Source: Marsupella aquatica (Eukaryota; Plantae; Marchantiophyta). From it: a stretch of DNA of 64,000 bases. The translations under genes were made by a program, and so were the position numbers. The stretch spans positions 10,129,832-10,193,831 of the forward strand of contig OZ316897.1 in assembly GCA_973895155.1 (NCBI GenBank). Reading direction: 5' to 3'. Below the pieces are notes generated by a model. It saw only the letters and a list, made by a program, of their open reading frames with translations. It was not told the DNA's origin and ran no database searches. This document shows, in pieces, positions 24,902 through 36,500 of this stretch (within the stretch, counting starts at the first letter, position 1; each line of letters starts with the position of its first letter).

Positions 24902-27900
24902 CTAAATACGGGCTCGTCCGCCTGGCGACCTCCCCATCTCCAGAGAGCTCACCCCGCCTCTAGGTGAGACAGCCACCCGCAGCAGAGTACCTTCCCCCTC
25001 CCGCCGTGGAGTCTTGCCCCCAGTCCCGCTTCCGCCCAGTTCCCCCCCTCCCGGGTGCGCCATACCCACCAGCTCCCGTGTCACTTGTTGTCCTACGTCC
25101 GCATCAGACAAACAGCATCGTGAGAAGTTAAGTGATCATTGTTTTTTAGCTTCTCCTTTTAATTTCTCGCTAGCATCCGTTGTCCGGTGACCAGTTTAAA
25201 GCGTTATAAAAGTAGACTTTTTAATTCTTTTAGGGACTTGGATTTATCATAGTATTTTCTTAAGTTAGTTTAATCTTTCTTAAACCTAATCAGTTTCCAT
25301 TTTAAATACAAAATTACACTAAAATATTTTAACTTAAAACACTAAGTTTCTACTTTCATCTAAATTCGATGCATCACTCACATTTCCATAACAATTAAAC
25401 ACTTTTACCACAAGAGCATTTCATCATTTCGATCACATAAAATAATCCAAACTCATCTTTTTATTTCAATCATTTTCAAAATATGAAGTTTGGTTCGGGT
25501 TTACAAAGTGTTTTTTGGTGACTCATCTCCTAACTCAGGTCTCTCCACTAAATTCAGCTCAATCATCAGGTCAGGTCTCGGCCTCAAGCTCATCGATGGT
25601 TTCCCCCAAACATGTTGGACACAATTTTAGTCTCCGCCGAGCTTCCTTCACGTCATCGCTCCTCTTCTCTCCTCAAGTTTCCAGTCCCAAAGCAAAAAGA
25701 ACTTACGGCCGCTATCCTCATATCCCATGGCAGCGGATTGTCCCTAATTTAAAAATGGTTTCTATCACCGGATTCCACTCACTAAATGAATGCAACTCAA
25801 TTAACTTAAAATCCTCTTTAAAATTCCACAACATCAGATGTAAAGATTTACAAGTAACCCACACTTCTAGCTGAAACTTCTTGGTTAATCTCATGGAAGA
25901 TCACTTCTTCTCCATGGTCCATGACAATTAAATTTAATCCATTGCTCCTGGCCTCCATTTTTCACTTCTTTCTTCTCGGAACAAAATGTTGTTATGAACT
26001 AAGGAGTTATGGAACCTCTTGCAGTCGAGCTCCTTTTTATCACCAGATCAACTACGATGCCTCCCGAATTCTTTTCTTGATCTCAGTATCTCATCTGCTT
26101 CGCCTTGTTTCAACCGGCTGTTACTCCTTCTTTCATCTATTAACGCACGACCTCTCCCTGGAGTTTTTTTTTATGCTGTCATGTTCTCCAAAGAATTTTC
26201 TTCAAAACAAACCACGAAATCCCAACACCTCTATCTTCTTCTCATTTCACAGCATCACGCCAGCTTCACCTTGTTCACCCGAAAACCTCCCAACAGCTTC
26301 AACGTTCGGCAGCACGCTTCCCTTGCCATTCTCTCTCCAAAATCTTCCAAAACTACCGTGTGCCTCAGCCCTCACTCGAGAATTCCTTAAAACTCATCCT
26401 CGCCACCACCAACATTCATTGCCACTCTCATCAATTCTCGTTTTTCTCTCTTGCGTGCCCAACTTCCCGTTGTCTTCGCCTTGCAAACTTCATTCTAACC
26501 TCCGCCTCAACTGCAACAAGCACAATGTCCTTATGGAATTTGAATCTTCTCAGCCTGCCACGTGTCTCTTCCACAATAAAAGCCTCAAATCCTTAAGTCT
26601 AAGCTTCACTTCTCTCTTTTTAATTCCTATTCTGTCTTATTGAACTTCTTCCACAACAACAAAACTCACACCCAAACTGAATCCCTTCACCAAATATCTC
26701 CAACTCAAAAATAGGGCCTTCACTTCCCTTCCTCTATTATCCATCTCGACGACACCGTCGGGGGGGGGGGGGGGGGGGTCCTAATCTCCTGCTTCCGTGC
26801 ACATGCCTTAAATTTACTTTTAGAGATGTAAGCTTCGTATTTCGATATTTCCGCATCCGAGTCCTCATGATAGGAGAAGTTCTCGTTCCTCTCCACCTCC
26901 GAAAGAGAGCCTGGTAAGCGAGATATCATTGCAGCACTCCCAATGGGAGATGGAACCGGCCCAAAGCACACTGCATTTGCATCGAGAGAAGGACTTCACT
27001 CTTCCCAGTTGTTGTCCTTGCTCCAAAGGACCATCAGGTACCATCAAAGCCGACGATGTCATAACCGGCCCGACTATAGCCAACCTGTCCCCCTCAACAG
27101 AAGCGCGCACCGTTGGTGTTGCTCTGATAATTGCCATAGTTCTTGCTGCGCTTGCCAATAGCACCTCATTTGGGCATCCCCCACTCTCAGTAAGGAGTTG
27201 CTCCACTTGCACTATGTTAGCCACCACTGATTGTGGCATCGTTCCACGTGGAGGAATACCTCGTGCCTCACGAAAATCCTTCCGAGCCGCGGCATTTTCC
27301 ACTGCTCTTCGCACCTCCTCCACATCGGCTTCTAATTGATGCTCGTCATCTCATTCTTTCGGGTACTCCTTCTTAGCCTCCGTGGGGGGAATTTTGTCAA
27401 TTCCCTCTTTGCAGCTGCGTGCCAAATGCCGCTTTTTATTACATTTGAAATAGTGGTAAGGTATGTTACAGAAGGTAATAGATTGCCAAATCACTATATC
27501 TTTGCGTATCCGGATTCTAACGCTAGCCGGGACTTCCCTATCAGAATCCCACAGGATACAGGCTCTATCATGCGGAAAAGAGCTAAATTCATCTCCTTGT
27601 ATGTAGTACAGCAGAGTTCCAAGTGAGCTTGCGATTTTCCTCCTCTAGCCTTCCAAGACAAGATCACGAAATGGGATTTCAATCCAGATGGGAAGTTTGG
27701 TAAAGGACTCATTTTTGATATCAAACGATGGGTCCCACGGGAATGTGTACACAAACCGATGGCCCATAAACCACGGGGCACAATTAAGAGCCATGTCTCT
27801 GTGATCAGGATGCTCAAAGACAATAAGATAAAAGCTTTTCCCCACAAATTTAACTTGTAGAATCGACCAATTCCCTTGGTTAGTCATCTCTTCCTCCACC

Positions 27901-28602
27901 CAGGACCTGAATACCGGCAGCAACGGAGGTCTATCCGTAAAGAAACATAGAATCGCACAGTTGTATAATTGTTTAACATTCATAGTGGCTTCGGCCATAT
28001 TCCAGTCCACCGTAGCATACAATTTCTTGTCTAGATCCCCCTTTCAGCGGAGAGCAATGTCACGCAAGATTCTGGTGCACTCCTCAGACTCCTCCTCTGC
28101 CTCTCCTTCCTGCCTCATGCGCGGAACCGGGATTTTGCAGAGCTCTCCCAACATTCCTTGCAACAACGGGCGTGGGCCCAGTGCTGAGCACAGCCCCTCG
28201 CCATGGCTGATCCGGTAGTGCTTCCCATGGGTTCGATGAATTGCCTATTTCAAGCACCATTCGGTCCGCCCAGCTCTATTGCTTTGAAAGTCCAACCGTA
28301 GCTCGTGCCCCTGCATTCCAATTGAGTTCCCACGCTCCATTTGCGCCTCGCATAGGCACGTCCCCACTTATCCGGGCATCTTGAGCCAAGAATCGATCCC
28401 TCGGATTCCCATTCTCCTTGCACAACCTTCCGTGGCCACCGTCGTCCTTGTTTCTGTCACTACCCCCAGTCCTTGCTTCTTCCATCAGCAAGTCGCAAGC
28501 CGGATCACCAGATGCGTTCCGAGGTTCCACCGTGCGCCGACCCCCGCGCACGCCTCTGAGCCGTGCAAGAGGCTCCACCAGTCCATAGTATTCCTCCGCC
28601 AT
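24902..28602 (-). pseudogene. LINE ORF1 (DUF4283-like + knuckle), disrupted and interrupted by solo LTR B
   Basis: ILCFFTDRPPLLPVFRSWV...APWFMGHRFVYTFPWDPSF...LPIWIEIP. Degenerate knuckle YFKCNKKRHLARSC near 27420-27455. Confidence 0.85.
25181..26754 (-). mobile_element. Solo LTR copy B (1574 bp)
   Basis: TG...CA termini with a perfect 4-bp TSD CCGT (25177-80, 26755-58). G-box GACACGTGGC near the minus-strand 5' end; AT-rich/AATAAA block near the 3' end. Confidence 0.88.
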
Positions 28603-31490
28603 CTTCTTCCTTACCTTCTTTCACTACCTTAAAGAATTTTGCCCCTCAGTACCTTCATCCAATGTGTGATACCGCAATGCTTATCTGCCACTTATCCACC
28701 ACTGTTGCTCGCAAACCCGATTCTAGCCCGCCACGGCCTCCAGTCATGCGCTGCACATGGGGCATCTCAACATCGTTCAACTATGGTGTGTCTAAGCACG
28801 ATCGTAGCAAAGCACCCATACGAGTAGTCCGCGAGGATCCTATCAAGACACCACACTACACTCCACCCTCGTCCTTCTGAATTAGTCCATGTTCTTGACT
28901 TCTTCACTAAAGTTGCTCTCTTCAGAAATAGTATTCAACCACCCACGTTGCATCCTAGTTCAATCGTGCATCGTAGCTCTGCATTGACGGGAACTTTACC
29001 CAATCGCAGACGCGATTGTAGCACAAGTGCCTTGTATCGCCTCCTTCAGACCGGTTCTTAGTACATAAGGTGTGCCTCCTTATCAAGACCCCACCAGCAC
29101 TTGTAACAATTTGAATCCCTCTAGGAAGCTCCTCGTCTCACTTCCCAGTGCTAAACTCTCTGGAATCTGTCACCCGCACATACCGCACTAATCCACTTTA
29201 AGACCTAAACCTTCAATGACGGGTTCCCAGATGTGGAGAGATCGAGAAAGAGCAAGAAATGCTTCATTCCCTTTCATGGTTATATTAATAAAAGAAAACA
29301 AACTTCAAGGAAATTATCAACTCTTCTTTTTATCTTTTATTTTCAAACATCATTTATGTTTATTTGATCACATTCTTAAGGATTTCACACCATTTGCAAG
29401 TTTTTTTTTGGTTTTTTGAAAGACCATGCATTTTATCCACAAAACATTTTTGTTACAATCAAAACTTTCAAAAATACATTTTATTTGTAATAAACCTTTT
29501 TGAGTCTTAGGATTTACAGCATTTTGAAGTTTACTATTCAACTCTTTTGTCGGTCTTTCATCAGCAAGGTCTCAAACTCAGTTCAGGTCAGGTTGTCAGG
29601 TCTTCTTGCTCAGCTCAAGCTCAGTTCATTATCATCCCTTTAGTCTCCTCCTTTCATCCCTAATGTTCTCTTTACAAAAACTTCCCACATCACACTACTC
29701 CTCTACAAAAGTGGTCTCAATAACCAGGTTTCACTCATCAAAATTAACCAAAAATTCTGGTACATTTTTCCTATTTGGGTTCCTAAAAACCAAGGTGAAT
29801 TGACGGGAAATAGAGATCCACATTTCTAATTGTAAGCTCTTGATAACCTGCATACTTGTCAACTCTAATTGTCTATATATGGTCTCCTTGAGATATCTCA
29901 TACACAAACTCATCCTCTGTCGTGCTTTGGTCCAATTATCACATACCGCGTGCATCATACCCCATAGCTTGAACTACATACTTTTCATGAAACAATGCTC
30001 TATTCTTTCATCATTTCAGCTAAAATTTAACATGCCACCTTCAATCATTGTTGCCTGACTACTCCCGCTGCCATTTCACTTCTCTAAATCCGACAGCCTT
30101 GCCACTCTTGTCTATTTTTCAGCATTTGAATTTCATAGTCCTCTAAATGCGCCTCAATCTCTCGGATCTTCCTCCAAGATGCCATGACAACCTCTGATCA
30201 TTTATTGCTCAATCTTAGCCTTTGTGACCTCTACTATCCAATTTCTACCGCAACGTCCTCATAGCCTCCTCAGTCTCTACGACCTCCACTATCCACGGAT
30301 CTCTTTTCCACAATCAAACACTACGCAACGTCCCTAATCTCCTCAATCCCTAGAATTCTCAGTTCCAAAGCAAAAAGTTATCAGTCCACATTCATTTCCT
30401 CTAATCTTCTCTTATCAATTCACACAACGGCCTTCCAAACGACTCCTTTGCCTGCTGCTTCTCCGAGAAAATATCTCTCTTTGAACTCTCTCCGTGAAAC
30501 CACAACGAACAACCGACTCTATCTCTCAAGTTTCTCTCAAACTTTTACAATTTCAAGAAACCTTCAGCAATTTTAATTCATTCTGCCAAAAATTTCCCTC
30601 TCACTACCATCGACCTTCGCTGCTGCAATTTGCCTTACCGACCTTCAGTGCTGCATTTCTTTGTATTGACCTTCACACCTTGCTGTCCTTCAAAGCCCTT
30701 GACTCACCCTGAGCATTCTTCAGAAATCCTTAATCACCATAGCATCCTGCTTTAGAACTCCTTTTTGCCTTCGATCCAATTCCTTCACATTAACCACATC
30801 AACAACTCATCATAGCCCTTTGCTCCTTTTCAGTTTTCTCTCTATACCCACCATAGCCCTTGAATCTTTACAGGAAAACTCCCCCCCCCCACACACAATG
30901 ACAATGCTTCTTGGACTTATCAAAATCCCCATAGCCCTTCATCTCTCGTTTGCCTTCCTTCTCCAAAAACTTTCCAACAGCCACAATGACAACGTCCATG
31001 TGCCTTCCTTCAGCAGCACCTATTTTACATTTCAACACTCGGATTCCCTCTACCCTAAGTTGCACTCAAATTCCCTCAGCCACTAAGCGCGCTTCAAACT
31101 CTTAGATCAACTCCCCACACACACAAACAACGCACACTTAAAAATTGTCTCAGGCCTTTGCTTCATGCCTTCTTCACCCAAAAGACCAATTCCACAACAA
31201 CAACCACGATGCATGCCCACAATAGCTCAAACTGCCCCTTGTGCCCAAGTTCTCAAATTGCCCCTTATGCCACGTGTCTCAACCAGGAAAACTCCCCAAA
31301 AAAACTTTCTAACCCTTCCTTTCATTTGCCTTCTTATTCCTCTTTTGTCTCATTGTTTCTTTCTTTTTTCAATTAATTCCCCTCTCAAACACAAACCACC
31401 ACCAAGTGTCTTCAACTCAGGAATAAGGTTTCCACTTCCCCTCCTTTTTTTGGCCCAACGACATCGGGAACCTCTCGCCGCACGACTTCA

Positions 31491-32780
31491 GGGTGTTTTG
31501 CTCACCCGTCCATGGTGGAGCAGATGTCAACCAGCAAACAGAGCAAGGTTGGGAAAACCCCAGGGAAAACCTCCCAGGTGCATGCACGGGAGCCAGCACA
31601 CATGGAGACCAACCCCACCACCTGTCATGGCCAACATCACGACGGTAACACCAATCCACTCCATCTCTGACTCTCTTGATAGCTATTTACTTCAAAATGG
31701 AAAACCAAACTAGACAAATAAATAAAAACTACTCGTACAATAATATGTTTGTCTTAACATAAAACAAAACACTCTCTTGATAGCTAGTCAATTCAAGATG
31801 GAAAACTTAACTAAACAAATAAATAAAAACTACATATATGATAATATGTAACTTGTCTATAATTAATATGCTCCATCGATACAACATCACACTAAAACTA
31901 ATGTTTTTCCTAACACAAAACAAAAGTATGCTACTACAACAACATTCACTAACACCAACTAACATTTTGTTGTTTTCTCACTACAGCCCGTGACAACAGT
32001 CGAGTTGCCACGCTTGATCATGCATGAGCTCCGTACAAGGGACCACAAGCCTCAACTTAACAGCCCCATGGCTAGGAAGATCGAGTACGCAAACGGTATG
32101 GGAATTGAGACCTTGGAATGGGACTGCAACATCAACAGAGGAGACATGTAAAAGTTGATAGACAACTGCAAGAAATTTGTTAATGATTTCAAAGAAATAT
32201 ACAACGATAGGCCGACAACAAATAAAAAACTAAAAAAACTAACCAAATCCATTGCAACACGTTCAACAATGATAACCTATTAACTTGACAACCAATCAAA
32301 AGGTAGTCGTGCAAAAAGAGGTGCTCAGATTCATGGCAGTCCCTTTTGACAAAGACCAGCTAACCAAAAAGGAGACAATGCATGAATACATACAGAACAC
32401 GAAGGGAGCGCACTTGACCCAAGTGACAAGGCTGGGGCCTGTGTTCAACATGCCAATCGACATGTTGGTCACCTTGACCAAATAGCACGCGCAAATGCTG
32501 ACCAACCATCTATAGAGGAGTAGCGAGGAAGGTCTCATCACCAACGTCCCCACTCCGAACAGGGACGAGACCATGACAGTGGGCGCTTCTTTGAAGCACA
32601 AGTACAATACCACCTAGAGGGGGCTAAGGCACTCTTAGGTAGACCAGGATTCAAGCTTCATGTATCAAAACACTATTTTGCATAAATAAAAATTTCACTT
32701 CTTTGTTCCAAGACAAAACAACTTTACTTGATCAGACACCCATTCCTTGGATCAACAAGGGGTCCACGGACTAATTCAAG
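31491..32780 (+). mobile_element. Decayed TE-associated sequence downstream of the Pif1 fragment; homologous to 10630-11500
   Basis: Peptide and nucleotide similarity to the 10630-11500 copy. Acceptor-like ctacag at ~31986 followed by a broken reading frame. Confidence 0.65.
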
Positions 32781-33136
32781 CTATAGGAGTTGTAATACAT
32801 GCAACAAAACTTTGTGCAAAAGTAGTACAAAATTCAGGCCATGTCCGACTTGATTTTACATAAATTAAGTTAGCTAGGGTGGTATACAATACAAGGGTTG
32901 TGGGGAATGATTAGAGGGAAGTGTGTGTAGGACTGTAACTTTGGTTTGGCTAACAACAATGCTATTAGCTGTGGTGTTCAACAATGATGAATATTAGATA
33001 GATGGATACATTTGGCACGGGGATGTAGTGAATATGATGTGGAGTTAGATGTTGTTAGAAGTCTCGTGCAAGCGATACTTGATCCAAGATGTAAGAATGC
33101 AATGAGGGTGAAGGCAAAAAGCAAGAATAACATCAT

Positions 33137-33241
33137 TGTGATAGGATAATGAATAGTAACCGTGTATAGAATGAGTAGGGTCATGGTACATATAGGTGTG
33201 TCGGGTGACCGGTTGGTCCGGTCAATGGGTAGAGTCTAACA
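33137..33241 (-). repeat. 3' LTR (105 bp)
   Basis: TG...CA; matches 39475-39579 except at 2 positions. Confidence 0.97.
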
Positions 33242-33250
33242 CTCCCCCTT
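33242..33250 (-). promoter_or_regulatory. Polypurine tract
   Basis: AAGGGGGAG abutting the 3' LTR on the minus strand. Confidence 0.9.
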
Positions 33251-33542
33251 GTCTATATAGTGACAACTATGTAGACAACATAGACTAGACCTATCATACC
33301 ATGCTAATAGAGTATACATTATATGAGTACAAGCGAGGTAGACTGTCTCATTAAAAAACCTTTATCAACTCTAGTTAAATAAAAACTCTATTGGTGTAGC
33401 AGAGAAAAAGTCTGAGTGCTAAAGGAAAAGAGTGCAGCCTAACAGTCCTCGTCGTAATAAGTATCAATATTATATAAAATCAGATGCTATAGTAAATCTA
33501 GCTTCAACATCTGTCTCAACTGTAAGTCGTCAGTATCATCAG

Positions 33543-36500
33543 TCATGGTGTAGCAGCAACCTCCACGGTCATCATGTGTCGCACGCTTTGCAGTCCAATC
33601 GCTTGGCAGTGTCGATGATGAATAGTTGGCGATAGTGATTTGGTGAAGAGATCCGCACAGTTGTCTACACTTGAAATCTGTAAAATATTGATCTTTGTTC
33701 CATGTAACTCATGGGTGTAGAAGAACTTCGGAGCTATGTGCTTCACTTGATCGCCTTTGATGAATCCTTTTGTGATCTGCTGTATACATGCTGCCTTATC
33801 CTCAAAGATATTAGTAGGCTTCATTAGTGTTGGCAGGCCGCATTTAGTATTGGTGTGATTTATAAAAGATCATAACCACACGGCTTCGCGACTAGCTTCA
33901 TGTAGAGCTAAAATCTCTGAGTGATTCGATGAGGTTGCTGTTAGGGTCTGTTTCACGCTTTTCCAAGAAAAAACGGTACCCCCTATAGTAAAAACATATA
34001 TGATTTGGGATTTTGGGGTGTCAATGTCGAAAAGATATCCGACATCTGCATATCCTGTGAGTTTGTGGTTTGCACCGAATGGGTAAAATAACCCGGTATC
34101 AATGGTGCCATGCAAGTACCTAAATATGTGCTTAAATCCGTTCCAGTGTCTGGCTGTGGGGGTTGTACTGTGCCTATCTAGTAAGTTAAGTGCAAATGCA
34201 ATGTCTGGTCGGGTCTGATTTGCTAGATACATTAATGCTCCTATCGCGGAAAGATATGGAGTTTCCGGTCCTAATAGTGGTTCGTGTTCTTCGCGTTTGC
34301 GAAAAACATCAGTGTTGTTTTCTAATGAACATACCACCATTGGAGATGTTAATAGGTGTGCTAAGTTCATATTGAACTATTTTAGGATCTTTTCAGTTTG
34401 TGTTGTCTGATGGAGCATCATGCTAGTGGGTAAGATCTCTAGTTGTAAACCTAAACAACAGTTTGTAAGGCCAAGGTCTTTCATCTCAAATGCTATTTTG
34501 AGATGGGTAATAGTATCTTCTGTAATTTGGGGTGTCCCAAATATGTTTAAGTTGTCGACATAAATAGAAACAATGACATATTCGTCATCCATGTGTTTAA
34601 TAAATAAACATGGAGTAATTGCATCATGGGAAAAACCCATGGAAATCATCTCATCAGTGAATCTTTGATGTCATACTCTGCCACTTTGTTTCAAGCCATA
34701 TAATGCCTTCAACACGCGGATAGCTAGTCCACGACGAGTATGCCGTATGGCTGACACAGGGGTGTCATTTTGATGAGTTACATGTGTAGATGACACACGA
34801 GGTGTAACTTGATGTGTTTGGTTGATAATCTTATATAAATATGGAATATGCAATGTAGCGCCTTGAGTTAAAGCTCGACGACGTTCCTCCAACTCGAGAG
34901 ATGATCGCATGTATAGACAAGTGTCTAAAGTTCCATATAGATATGCGGTCGCGACATCTAGTTGTCGCATCTTAAGTTTGTAGAAAATGGCAAATCCGAT
35001 AAGGTATCGAAATGTTGTGCTGTCCATAACCGGTGAGTAAGTTTCATCATAATGGATTCCCGGTTGTTGGGTAAATCCTTTCCCTACCAGACGTGCTTTG
35101 TGGCGTACAATTTGGCCTTTATCATTTCTTTTGCGGACGAAGGTCCACTTGTAGCCAATGAGATGTACGTCTCTCGGTGTTGGCTCAACTGGGCCAAAAG
35201 TGTGTCTGCTTAGTAGGGAAGCTAATTCTCCATTGATAGCTTTTTGCCATTCATGCCAATCTGGTCTGTTTTGGCATTCTAAGATGGAGATTGGTTCAGG
35301 TGTATCGTCATTGATATGTGTTGCCACCATTAATGCAAAAGCATCATCTATTGAAGTAGTAGTTCTATCCCATATCGCACCGGTGTGTGCGTAGTGGATA
35401 GAGATCTCTTCATGAGTTGTAGAATCAGCATGATCTACATTAGGTGAAGGAGGGATAGATGAACCATGCCTTCTTGGTTGTTTATCTTTTGATCCCAAGG
35501 GTCTGCCATGTTTGGCACAAGGCTGGGATGTACTTGCTGGCTCACTTGATAATTCGATGCGAGCGGATGCTCTCACAGCTGGAATATGTGAGCGGATAAC
35601 TTGTGATGTATCGACAAAAGCGTCGGGAAGTTCTTCCACAATCTTGTGGAGTTGCAAAATTTGCTTAACTTCTTTCTCCCCTTGATTTGTTCTAAGGTCT
35701 TGCCAAAATGGCGAATGTCTCTCCTACTCCAAAGGTGGTTGTGGGTGTTCAGGGGTTATTAATGGTGGATAAATATGCTCATCAAAATGACAATCTAAAA
35801 ATCTGGCTTTAAAAATATCGCCCGTTGTAGGCTCCATATATCTGATGATGGACAGTGAGTCAAATCCGATATATATCCCCAACTGTCATTGGGGTCCCAT
35901 CTTGGTTCGTTTGGGTGGAGTAATGGGGATCATTACTTGACATCCAAATGAACGAAGGTGGGATAGATCGGGTTTGATACCGTTAGCAATTTGGTATGGG
36001 CTATAAGTATTAAAAGCTGATGGGCGGTATTGAATTAATGCGTTAGCCTGTAGTATGGCATGTCCCCATGCTGAAACAGGGAGTTTCGACTGCATTAGTA
36101 ATGAGTGTGCAATTAGCTGAAGGCGTTTAATGACAGCTTCAGCTAATCCATTCTGGAAATGCGCGTGCGGTACAGGATATTGTACATCAATACCTAGTGA
36201 TGTACAGAAGTCGTCAAATGTTTTAGATGTGAATTCCCCTGCATTGTCCACCCTTAGTGTCTTAATGGGGTGATCGGGAAATTGTGCCTTCACGCGCAAG
36301 ATATGCGCCAAGATGTGAGGCATAACCATGTTCCTCGTTGAAAGCAAGGTCACATTTGACCATTTGGTTGATGCATCGATCAGTACCATAAAATAGCGAA
36401 ATGGTCCGCTCGGTGAGTTAATGGTCCGCAGACATCCGCATGTATGATGTCCAAGAATTTTGGTATCTTGGTTGATAATTTTGATGTCGTGGGCCTTGTT

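Larger units (their letters stand above)
20677..29270 (-). mobile_element. Full-length but disabled L1-clade LINE
   Basis: ORF1 (DUF4283-like + zinc knuckle) and ORF2 (EN-RT-zf). 16-bp TSD ctttcatggttatatt at 20661-20676 and 29271-29286. Confidence 0.95.
20037..29310 (+). mobile_element. 5'-truncated LINE (20037-20676 + 29287-29310), split by the full-length LINE
   Basis: FYQILWSLWLGRNVHEF peptide; 3' UTR resembles the other copies. 13-bp TSD aaattatcaactc at 20024-20036 and 29311-29323. Confidence 0.85.
19735..31463 (-). mobile_element. Solo LTR copy C (~2.4 kb net), interrupted by nested LINEs (20037-29323)
   Basis: TGTCC...CGACA termini like copy B. 4-bp flanks TTGG (19731-34) and TCGG (31464-67) differ by one CpG transition. 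Removing it restores the Pif1 reading frame. Confidence 0.8.

Noticed and set aside
25921-26643. 240-aa plus-strand ORF and similar S/L/F/P-rich ORFs at 5521, 7440, 31165 and 38737
   Set aside because: They arise from the pyrimidine-rich strand of LTR or leader sequence and are not conserved between repeat copies.
26759-26778. Poly-G tract as polypurine tract or polyproline coding (also G/C runs at ~53360, ~54390, ~54635)
   Set aside because: It lies outside the TSD of solo LTR B. These are expanded homopolymers of uncertain length.
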